Of a DNA stretch of 50,463 nucleotides, positions 19,301 through 26,312 are shown piece by piece. Within the stretch, counting starts at the first letter, position 1. Every line of letters starts with the position of its first letter. The position numbers were made by a program, and so were the translations under genes. The DNA lies in the IMG/VR virus record IMGVR_UViG_3300029822_000480, positions 1-50,463 of that record; one strand, given 5' to 3'. The notes below the pieces were generated by a model. The model did no database searches. It was not told the DNA's origin and worked only from the letters and a program-made list of their open reading frames with translations. The DNA is from a virus (lineage: Duplodnaviria > Caudoviricetes).

Positions 19301-20232
19301 TGAGAAAGTTTATCAAATAAAGCCATTAAAGCCATTAACCCAATAACCAAACCCCCTGTAATAGCAATCATAAATGCTTTTGCAGCCGCTGTTGATATTC
19401 CTAATGAAGTAGCTAATTTTGTTTGTGCTTTTGATAAGAATAGAATTGACACGGCACTATCTTTATTAACTACTTGTGCAACTTGTTGAAGCCCAATAGT
19501 TATTGCCATTAAGGATTGAACTTTGAGCATTATTTGTTGCAGTTTCTCGTTCTTCTCTCCAAATAATCCAACTGCACCTTGTGCTACCGAAAATGCTCCT
19601 GCAATTCCACTTATAGCTTGTATTGTCGCTGTTAGATATCTTTCATCATCTGCCAATACTTTTGCTTGCTTTTGGGTGTCGTTCATCTGCTTCGTTAAAG
19701 CACCTAATCTATTTTGTAACTCTGTATATGCTTGTGTCCCTCTTTTGCCTCCTCGCTCCATTCTTGCAAGTTCTTCTCTCGCTTGCGTTATTTGAGTTCT
19801 AAGAGTAGTAAGCTTATTGGCAGTTTTCTCTGTTTGGCTTGAATTTTCTTTGTAAGCTTGAGAAACTTTGTCTAATGCAGCTTTCTTTTCATCGAGTATT
19901 GCTGTTTCTTCTTTCAAAGCTTGTTTTGCTGCAATAACATCTTTAGTCAACTCTTGCTGTGCTGTTGAAGGGGGCATATTCTTTAACTTAGCTTGCATTA
20001 CTTCAATATCCTCTGCCACTTGCTTTACAATTTGGCTCTGTTCTTTAAAGTTTTGCTTTGCGACATCCAATAACTCCTTAGCTCCAAGAGAATAATTATT
20101 GATTGCTTCCTGTACCTTCTTGCCTATTTCTTCAGCAGTCTTGCCACTGTTCTTAATAGCATTAGTACTTTCATCAATCTTCTTCTTGAAGTCTGAATTA
20201 TCTAAAGTCATTTTTAAGTTAATCTGTCCCAT
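16399..20232 (-). CDS. Tape measure protein
   Basis: 1277 aa, extensive coiled coil with Ala/Gly-rich hydrophobic stretches; follows the tail chaperones. Confidence 0.9.
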   Translation of the reverse strand: MGQINLKMTLDNSDFKKKIDESTNAIKNSGKTAEEIGKKVQEAINNYSLGAKELLDVAKQNFKEQSQIVKQVAEDIEVMQAKLKNMPPSTAQQELTKDVIAAKQALKEETAILDEKKAALDKVSQAYKENSSQTEKTANKLTTLRTQITQAREELARMERGGKRGTQAYTELQNRLGALTKQMNDTQKQAKVLADDERYLTATIQAISGIAGAFSVAQGAVGLFGEKNEKLQQIMLKVQSLMAITIGLQQVAQVVNKDSAVSILFLSKAQTKLATSLGISTAAAKAFMIAITGGLVIGLMALMALFDKLSQKRKEDEEKTKEQTKAQEEFYKTIGDNAAKSLTEFTILQKQYNKVGDTFAEKNKFLQENKKKYEELGLAIKSVADQENLLIKNKDAYINSVISKAYADAYRADIAKKFAEVIKLENAPLQYKSETKVIKTNEMVFAGDAMVRKTEVVFDEDKTQKNIEAAMNAREKAVSTLKSQIVKDTKKLVDLENKSAEDLRKAGINQIIETKTHNDKKDISNYGKAIADIWQKIYQDIEQAKASSINNEFARTTELNTLNAKKELDELDKQIEAIKQKRIEQAKAEYVNNTGSEKGFVAPIITLTDEEKRTYEERAKQIIDNVYKLNQEAYTQMIGDYQTFEEKRESIRKTYDEKRKTFEREGLTKNIEVLNKIEQEELKAYDSSFARKQDAFLNWIKNITNLTEKQLKAQIEIAKKSLQNEDLDQKTIALLQEKIKELEERLGEKKKELQDINVGDLGFTEIISKLAEERKGLREELKKGADADEEITKKYEENIKTLEKGLIDKTLRSISYIKSMVGLMRDFADAIGDSNSALSETLDNLDTIVSRIGEGLSTGGQMGGGIGAFIGGIVGLVAGAGEIIAKGIKEQNQAQKEAAERRKQIEEEIYQISQQYTLELIRQNELLREAQGIFGTDKEKERLGYLQQYNALQEEFIRILNAPYPYPAQDKDDYILDQMRLYGLTIEEAEMEYEKYLKRVKEGTEYIYNMLVDDGGGYVNLLRNYYPDLIDANGKLNIELLKQIANSGLLSKEQQAYFRNLLANIELQEEALAGLNSYLSDLFGRLKDDWMDNFVNQMTRGEDAMYSFRNSVSETIMELMKQSIYSAFFSNIFNNLEEGLKEINSLNQEDRTSQIADLLTGTLNSLEETLPLAEATWRDMQDLFSQRGFNINETRTAQAQGIQSISQESADRIDGMLTSVQGSIIDIKDMQGTIRDSAISINENVIIIRNHTGEMAQKLDRIDYNINQMVTNGINVN

Positions 20233-20240
20233 TCCTTTTT

Positions 20241-20501
20241 CTATTTCTGAAACTGTTTCATTGCTCCCATAAACCCACTAAAAGAGGTTGTAGTTGCTTT
20301 ACTATTGGGATTGCTGCTTGAACCTTTATTTTTATCTCTTATCGGATAAACACATATCGTGTCAATTATCAACAAATTCAAATTCAAATAACTTATACCC
20401 CATAATAAATAATCAAAAGTCCAATGATACTTATTCAATAATGTATCTATTAAATACCCCCATAGTGAACTGCCTCCAATTACTCTACTCGTTCCGTTCA
20501 C
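20241..20501 (-). CDS. Tail assembly chaperone gpT-like part (reached by -1 frameshift)
   Basis: The -1 frame is open from the slippery site at 20558-20564; W.FDYLLWGISY.NL motif. Confidence 0.7.
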   Translation of the reverse strand: MNGTSRVIGGSSLWGYLIDTLLNKYHWTFDYLLWGISYLNLNLLIIDTICVYPIRDKNKGSSSNPNSKATTTSFSGFMGAMKQFQK

Positions 20502-20503
20502 TT

Positions 20504-21043
20504 TTAACTCTTCGGCTCGTTTTGCCTCAAGAGTTTCGCTAAACGAATAGAGTTCATAAAATTTTCGTAATTAATAAGGGCAAGAATGATTAATAAAATG
20601 GCTGAGAAGTCTTTTGTTTCTGCGTTCCACTTAAAGAAGTCTGCAAGGTTACAAATGTAACTATCATCTAACAAATGCTCTTTATCCTCTGTAACTGCAA
20701 CTGCCATTATTCTGCAAACAACATCTGTCTTACTTTCACAAACTCGCATAGCTTCAATATGTGGCTCTTCTTTTAGCTTCGCTTCATCAATATCCAACAT
20801 TAAATATTCCTTAGAAAGCAATTGCATCTTTCCCAATGTTGGAGGAGCAATGTTATAAGTCTTAGTTATCTCCTTTTCTTGTTCTTCAATCCTTTTAATT
20901 ACCTTGCGAAATAATCCTTGTTTATCTCTTATCTCGATAGGTATTTTTTCTTTATAAGTCAATGAAAACTCAATAGGTTTTTGAAGCATAGCATCCGAAA
21001 CATAAGCCTCTACCATTCTTTGTTTAATGTCTTTTCTTTCCAT
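20504..21043 (-). CDS. Tail assembly chaperone gpG-like
   Basis: Between the tail tube and tape measure genes; slippery heptamer near its 3' end. Confidence 0.75.
   Translation of the reverse strand: MERKDIKQRMVEAYVSDAMLQKPIEFSLTYKEKIPIEIRDKQGLFRKVIKRIEEQEKEITKTYNIAPPTLGKMQLLSKEYLMLDIDEAKLKEEPHIEAMRVCESKTDVVCRIMAVAVTEDKEHLLDDSYICNLADFFKWNAETKDFSAILLIILALINYENFMNSIRLAKLLRQNEPKS
20558..20564 (-). other. -1 programmed frameshift site A AAT TTT
   Basis: GAA AAT TTT ATG in frame fits X XXY YYZ; the -1 frame continues YELYSFSETLEAKRAEELKVNGTS without a stop into ORF 20241-20501. Confidence 0.75.
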
Positions 21044-21062
21044 TTAATCACTTAATTTTTTT

Positions 21063-21087
21063 AAAAAGTGGAGTATTTCTACTCCAC
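21063..21087 (-). terminator. Rho-independent terminator after the major tail gene
   Basis: GTGGAGTA-GAAA-TACTCCAC perfect 8-bp stem followed by TTTTT on the minus strand. Confidence 0.8.
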
Positions 21088-21117
21088 CTTAACCAACTAA
21101 AAACAATAAACTATGAA

Positions 21118-21894
21118 CTAAGCACCTGCTTGGGTAACTTCTATATTTGCTGTCTTGCCGTCTGCTACAATTGTAACTGTGCCTATTCTTGACTCTGTAT
21201 TAGGGTTCGCAGTAACTTTAATAGTTGCAACCTTTCCTGTGTAGGTAACTTGCAACCAATAACTACCATTGTTTGAAGCAACGATATTACCACTTGATGT
21301 AGCTGTAATTGTCTTTCCTGTTGTGTCAGCTGCACTTGTGAAGTTTAATGATGTTGGAGTTACAACCAATGGAGTTGAAGAAGTTACTGTTCCAAAGTCA
21401 AACAGATAACCTGCTTCTCCCTTAATAAGAGTAACAGAACATTCAGCCTTCCAACCCTTAGCTGCTTCGTATACTGGTTTCATATACACTTTTACTACTG
21501 GGGCTTCAAATGTTTCTGAACCTATTGCTTCAATATTTGCAAACTTGAATGAGTACTTAGAATTTTTTACTAAGCTATTAACTCTTGCTTTTCTTGTATC
21601 TCCACTTCCTATTTCTTCAATGTCCCAAAACTTACTTCTTGTAACTTCTGAAGGTTTCAATAATGTGAAATTGATAGTCAGTTTAGGTTGCTTCATCAAC
21701 TCATCCAACAAGTCGCCATTAATATCAGTTAATTCATAATTCTGACCGTCTTGTGTTTCAATAGTCAATGCGTTTTCATCAATTGCACCTAAGTCGTCTA
21801 AAATGTTGCCCATTGTTCCATTTGAGCCAACAGTTCCTAAATATGCGTGAACACTTCCCCACGCTGTTTCAGGTATTTTGCTTTCTAATGCCAT
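21118..21894 (-). CDS. Major tail tube protein with C-terminal BACON/Ig-like domain
   Basis: Position; C-terminal V.PTSLNF...WLQV....ATIKVTANP....R.GTVTI......IEVTQAG is the BACON pattern. Confidence 0.8.
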   Translation of the reverse strand: MALESKIPETAWGSVHAYLGTVGSNGTMGNILDDLGAIDENALTIETQDGQNYELTDINGDLLDELMKQPKLTINFTLLKPSEVTRSKFWDIEEIGSGDTRKARVNSLVKNSKYSFKFANIEAIGSETFEAPVVKVYMKPVYEAAKGWKAECSVTLIKGEAGYLFDFGTVTSSTPLVVTPTSLNFTSAADTTGKTITATSSGNIVASNNGSYWLQVTYTGKVATIKVTANPNTESRIGTVTIVADGKTANIEVTQAGA

Positions 21895-21898
21895 TTCT

Positions 21899-22303
21899 TT
21901 AAATATTTATAATTGTTACTACTAATCTGTTATTAATACAATGCTCGTTTATATCACGAACCTTGAAAATTTCTTGAGTTTCTAACTCTACTTTATAATC
22001 GTTATGAACTATCCCTTTGAATAAGTCAATAGCTTTCTTTTGGAGTAAACTTGTGCGAGCTTCATCCTCGATATAATCGTTATCTCTGCGAATATCAGGA
22101 ACGTAAACATTTACATTCACAATAGCCATTTGGAATTGAGAATTACGAGTTGCAAGAACTGATATAATTATATCCTCTTTGTTTGAGTTTGTAGGTCTTG
22201 AATTACGATACAGACAACCACCCTTAGAAACGATTTCTGCTTCTAAAGCTGAACCTTTTATTATCTTATAGATAATTGTCTTTATTCCGTTAGTGGATAT
22301 CAT
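21899..22303 (-). CDS. Tail terminator / tail completion protein (putative)
   Basis: Position before the tail tube; VNVNVYVPD. Likely start MISTNG at 22303. Confidence 0.6.
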   Translation of the reverse strand: MISTNGIKTIIYKIIKGSALEAEIVSKGGCLYRNSRPTNSNKEDIIISVLATRNSQFQMAIVNVNVYVPDIRRDNDYIEDEARTSLLQKKAIDLFKGIVHNDYKVELETQEIFKVRDINEHCINNRLVVTIINI

Positions 22304-22778
22304 ATATCTTTGTAATTTCTTCTTCCAATTTTGATAATAATTTTGGAGCTTCTTGTCTTGCGTATAATTCTGCATTCGCTAAAACATCTTTATTCTCCAT
22401 TGCTTCAACATAACTTGCATAAGCCATTCCAGCTACCAATATCAACGAGAACCCTTTATTATTCTGTTGTGCTAACTGCTCAACATAAGTTCTACCTTCT
22501 ACCTTTCCACTTGCTCCGAGTTCTGTGCCGTTTTCTGTTGTCGTAAACCCTCCTAACTGTTCTATTTCTCCGTCAACAACAACAACATAACCAATCGAAC
22601 TTCTTAAATTCCCAGTTCTATCAATCCATAAGCCTGCTTGCTTTCCTTCCCTTACCATAGAGATACATTCCTCTCCTAAGTAAGCCAAGTAATTAATCAC
22701 TTGCTTGCGAGCTTCTTTCTCTGCTATCTCAAAGAACTTATCGAGCTGTTGATCCGTTGTCATCATTTCTATACTCAT
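22290..22778 (-). CDS. HK97 gp10-like neck/tail component
   Basis: DRTGNLRSSI and AGMAYASYVE motifs. Confidence 0.75.
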   Translation of the reverse strand: MSIEMMTTDQQLDKFFEIAEKEARKQVINYLAYLGEECISMVREGKQAGLWIDRTGNLRSSIGYVVVVDGEIEQLGGFTTTENGTELGASGKVEGRTYVEQLAQQNNKGFSLILVAGMAYASYVEAMENKDVLANAELYARQEAPKLLSKLEEEITKIYDIH

Positions 22779-23104
22779 AAATACAATTTGGAGTTTAATT
22801 GATTTCTGAAAAACCCTTGAACTACCATTTCTTTAATGATTATGTTTCCTACTTTGTCTTGCACTTGAATTAATTCGCCGTAAACGAACTCTCTCACATC
22901 TGCATCCAATAACACAAGATATGAGTAAGCAAAGCTTGTTCCGTCAGGCAATATAATTGTTCTTGCTCTTCCGTTATTTTCAACTCTGCAATGGATATTG
23001 TCATCTATGAAAGAATTACTTCCTTCTTGCCAAACTCCATTCTCATCAGTTGAGCCTGCACTCGCTTGCTTAAATAAAATCTTATGTGGTCTAAAACTAA
23101 TCAT
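22775..23104 (-). CDS. Head closure/stopper protein (putative)
   Basis: Size and position in the head-tail joining cluster. Confidence 0.55.
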   Translation of the reverse strand: MISFRPHKILFKQASAGSTDENGVWQEGSNSFIDDNIHCRVENNGRARTIILPDGTSFAYSYLVLLDADVREFVYGELIQVQDKVGNIIIKEMVVQGFFRNQLNSKLYL

Positions 23105-23114
23105 ATCCGAAAAT

Positions 23115-23426
23115 CTAAAACTCTTGTATCTTAACTCTTGCCTCTCCTTTCGTCTGTTCTCCGATTTCTAAGTAAAGACTATTGGCTCTATCTAATATCA
23201 CTTTCTTATCGGAATAAGAGATTGAAACGCCGCCCTCACTTATATTTGGTACTGTTACAAGTTCGTATAGTAAATCAGCTAAAGCACCCTTATAAGAGTT
23301 ACTATTTGCTATTTCCTTTGTGAAATTATCAGTAGAAACTAATCCTCTGAAAGTGATAATACTTTGAAAGGTATTATCACTCAAAGGATAGTGAACTCTT
23401 GATTTTAAAGCTTCAAGGATAGTCAT
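23115..23426 (-). CDS. Head-tail connector (adaptor) protein
   Basis: Directly after the capsid gene; PNISEGGVSISYS motif. Confidence 0.65.
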   Translation of the reverse strand: MTILEALKSRVHYPLSDNTFQSIITFRGLVSTDNFTKEIANSNSYKGALADLLYELVTVPNISEGGVSISYSDKKVILDRANSLYLEIGEQTKGEARVKIQEF

Positions 23427-23434
23427 AATTTTTA

Positions 23435-24970
23435 TTAGCTACCTGCAGCTTGAGTTACTGCAATTGTTACTGACTTAGAATTTTGGGTTACTGTAATTGT
23501 AGCCGTTCTTTCTTCTCCTGCATTAGCTTCAACCTTTGCAGTTACTTTATTAGATGCTACAGTTACTGTACACCAACTTTGACCTGATTCTGCTGTTACT
23601 GTTCCTGTTGTTGAAACAGTAATTACTTTTCCTGTTGTGTTAGCATCTTTAGTAAATGTAAGAGTTGTTGGTGTTGCTTTAGGATAAGGAACTAAAGCCG
23701 CTTTCAAAGTTGCTTCTTTCTTATCACTCAAAGTGTTGATAGTATTAATTACTGAAGCATCAGTAGCATTTGCAGCTACAGTTACACCAATTGTTGCAAG
23801 CCCTTCAATAACTTCAGATTTCAAATAATCAAGTCCCCAAATAGTTATCTTAGTGTCTCCTTCAGTTTCTCCTGCATCAACTTCTACTGCTTCTTGAGTG
23901 TCCATAACATAAATGCTATCAACATTATCAATAACAGGTAAAGCAATTGCTTGAGAAGAAGTAAATTCTCTTAATGGGTCGTTCTTTGAGAACTTAGATA
24001 AAAGAATAAATCCATCAGCTTTTTGATACTGAACGCCTGCTACAGGATTAGTTTCTTCTGCTAATGTTCCATAAACTAATCTACCTACTTCAGTAGATGT
24101 TAAGAAGATTAATTTATTAGCATCAAATGGTTTTTTAGATGTTCTAATACCATTTTTCTCAAACATAACATTTCTATCAATTACCATAAATCTAAAGCCA
24201 TATTCTGCTTCTATTGCAGCGTCAAACGTTGCTTTAGTAGGAATAGGCAATAAAGTTTTATCGGTAATTATAAAGTTATTATAATTAGCTGCTAACATTT
24301 TAGCTTCATCAGATTTTCTAAAGTTTTCATAAGCATTTTTGCCTATTGCAACGACAGAAATAGTATTTCCGTCTTCTGCTACTTTTTCTAATACTGTATT
24401 AGCAATGTCGCTCAATGGAGTATAACCTGTTGTTCCCCATTTCTTAGATACTCCAAATTTGTTTTCATCTTTATATCCATAATCAACTCTAATACCAATT
24501 CCAGTGTTACCTTCTTCAGGTACTAATGTAACCCCATCAGAAAGTCCTTGAAGGAAACAAAACTCCAATTGCTCATATACACCCTTTTGACATCTTGGAA
24601 GGTCTTCAAAGATTTTTTGAACAATTTGTGCTTCTGCTGTTCCTTTTGCAACCATAATGTTTACATCAGAAATAAGCTTTTCCCCCTTAAATAGTTTCAT
24701 CCCTATCTTAGGCAAATCTCCGCTTGCTTTTGAATAAACATCTCTTTTCTTTAATGGTAGTGGAGAATCCATTGCAACAACATCAGCTGCCACAATACTT
24801 GAATTTACAGATGAACTATCCCACTTTAAATCAGTGGAAAATTCTTTTCTCAACATACTTTTATGTAAGTATGTCGGCTCTTCTTTTTTGTCGTTGATTT
24901 TTTGCGTAAATGTCTTCGCTAATGAAGCAAAATACTTTTTTACATAATCAACAAATAATGTTTGTAACAT
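23435..24970 (-). CDS. Major capsid protein with C-terminal BACON domain
   Basis: Lambda gpE-like features (AADVVAMDSPLP, LPKIG, IDYG-like RVDYG) and a C-terminal SWCTV...V.AN.GEERTATITVTQ BACON pattern. Confidence 0.85.
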   Translation of the reverse strand: MLQTLFVDYVKKYFASLAKTFTQKINDKKEEPTYLHKSMLRKEFSTDLKWDSSSVNSSIVAADVVAMDSPLPLKKRDVYSKASGDLPKIGMKLFKGEKLISDVNIMVAKGTAEAQIVQKIFEDLPRCQKGVYEQLEFCFLQGLSDGVTLVPEEGNTGIGIRVDYGYKDENKFGVSKKWGTTGYTPLSDIANTVLEKVAEDGNTISVVAIGKNAYENFRKSDEAKMLAANYNNFIITDKTLLPIPTKATFDAAIEAEYGFRFMVIDRNVMFEKNGIRTSKKPFDANKLIFLTSTEVGRLVYGTLAEETNPVAGVQYQKADGFILLSKFSKNDPLREFTSSQAIALPVIDNVDSIYVMDTQEAVEVDAGETEGDTKITIWGLDYLKSEVIEGLATIGVTVAANATDASVINTINTLSDKKEATLKAALVPYPKATPTTLTFTKDANTTGKVITVSTTGTVTAESGQSWCTVTVASNKVTAKVEANAGEERTATITVTQNSKSVTIAVTQAAGS

Positions 24971-25025
24971 ATCTTTCTTTTCTTAAATATTTATAACTAA
25001 AATTCTTTCAATATTCCTTTGCTAC

Positions 25026-25406
25026 TTAATCGTTCACAAATAATATTTTCTTTAATGCTGTCTTCATATCTGAAGTAACTGCATAAGGAGAAGCTGCTTC
25101 ATTCACAGTGCCGTCAATTAAGATAGCTGCGAATGGCTTGCTTTTTAATATTGATGCTTCAAGCACTCCTACGTAAGAGTGGTCTGCTGGCAAACTATCA
25201 TAAGAAGTTCCGTCAACTGGCATTGGTTTATGAGTGCCTGTTGCGTCTTCTTTAATAATTATATGCCCTGCTTTTAAAACATCTTCTGTTACTCCTGTTA
25301 CATCTAAGGTTCTCCCACCTCTGATGCCGTCAACATGATTAACAATGGTAATGCTATCATTACCTGTATCAATCATTATTGAATCGTTGTTTAAACTTGC
25401 TTCCAT
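25026..25406 (-). CDS. Head decoration/capsid accessory protein
   Basis: Between scaffold and capsid genes; GGRTLD..LKAGHIII...GVL...GTVNE pattern. Confidence 0.65.
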   Translation of the reverse strand: MEASLNNDSIMIDTGNDSITIVNHVDGIRGGRTLDVTGVTEDVLKAGHIIIKEDATGTHKPMPVDGTSYDSLPADHSYVGVLEASILKSKPFAAILIDGTVNEAASPYAVTSDMKTALKKILFVND

Positions 25407-25412
25407 TTTTTT

Positions 25413-26066
25413 CTAAAGTAAATTATTAACTATTTCTTCTACTGTTTCTTTGTCTGGCTCTCCTTTGCTTACTGGCTTATTGCTTCCACCAATAGAGCTA
25501 AAATTGCTCAAACCTTTGTCTTTCTCCTCTTGGAGATAATCCAAAACATCTGTTTTTGTGCTTTCAAGATAGGCTTCAAACTCTTCATCGTTTTCAAAAG
25601 TCTTATAAGTTCTTTCTTCAAACTCCTTTAAGATTTTTTGACCATACTTGCCTGCATCTTTAACTACTTGCTCAAGTTGAGTTTTGCGAGTGTTTCTCGT
25701 TTTTTCTCCTTTAAGACTTGCTAATTCTCCCATTATCAAGTCAAGTTTCTTTTCGAGCTTGTCGTTATTTTTATTTGTGTTTTGATTTTCTGACCCCTCG
25801 TCTACGTCTTTGGGTTCATCTTCAGAAGGATTTGGATTATTTTGCTTTTTCTTGAACTCGTTGATTACACGAGTAGAATTTTGTTGTCCAACTCCTAAAA
25901 TCGGTATAACTGCATCTAAGATTGCATTTATAGCCTCGTCGGTAGTATCTTCTTTTTCTAAATCAGGATTGAGTTTTAGGATACCCTTAACTGCACTCTC
26001 TAATTCTTTTTCATTGAACCCTAACGATACAACTTTAGGTTTCAATAGCTTTAAAATTCTTTCCAT
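25413..26066 (-). CDS. Capsid scaffold protein (putative)
   Basis: Acidic, helical protein with a low-complexity linker, upstream of the decoration and capsid genes. Confidence 0.65.
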   Translation of the reverse strand: MERILKLLKPKVVSLGFNEKELESAVKGILKLNPDLEKEDTTDEAINAILDAVIPILGVGQQNSTRVINEFKKKQNNPNPSEDEPKDVDEGSENQNTNKNNDKLEKKLDLIMGELASLKGEKTRNTRKTQLEQVVKDAGKYGQKILKEFEERTYKTFENDEEFEAYLESTKTDVLDYLQEEKDKGLSNFSSIGGSNKPVSKGEPDKETVEEIVNNLL

Positions 26067-26169
26067 TCTTTACGTTTTTAATGATTAAATTTTTCTTATA
26101 AATTTGGCTATTGCCAATTAAACACGGCAAATGAAATTCACTTTATTAGCATATAAGCCATCAACGCAG

Positions 26170-26206
26170 CAAATATACAAAAAGTATTTGAATTATAAAC
26201 ACTTTT
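26170..26206 (-). promoter_or_regulatory. Late promoter (TATATTTG) with upstream palindrome, copy 1
   Basis: CAAATATA at 26170-26177 followed by AAAAGTATTTGAATTATAAACACTTTT. Confidence 0.75.
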
Positions 26207-26312
26207 TGTAATAAAAAATTGATATTTCTTTGAAATGAAACTATATCTGTCTGAATTTCAAATTACTATTTTTTTTCAAATAAAAAAGCCTGCAAAATTA
26301 ATTGCAACCTCT

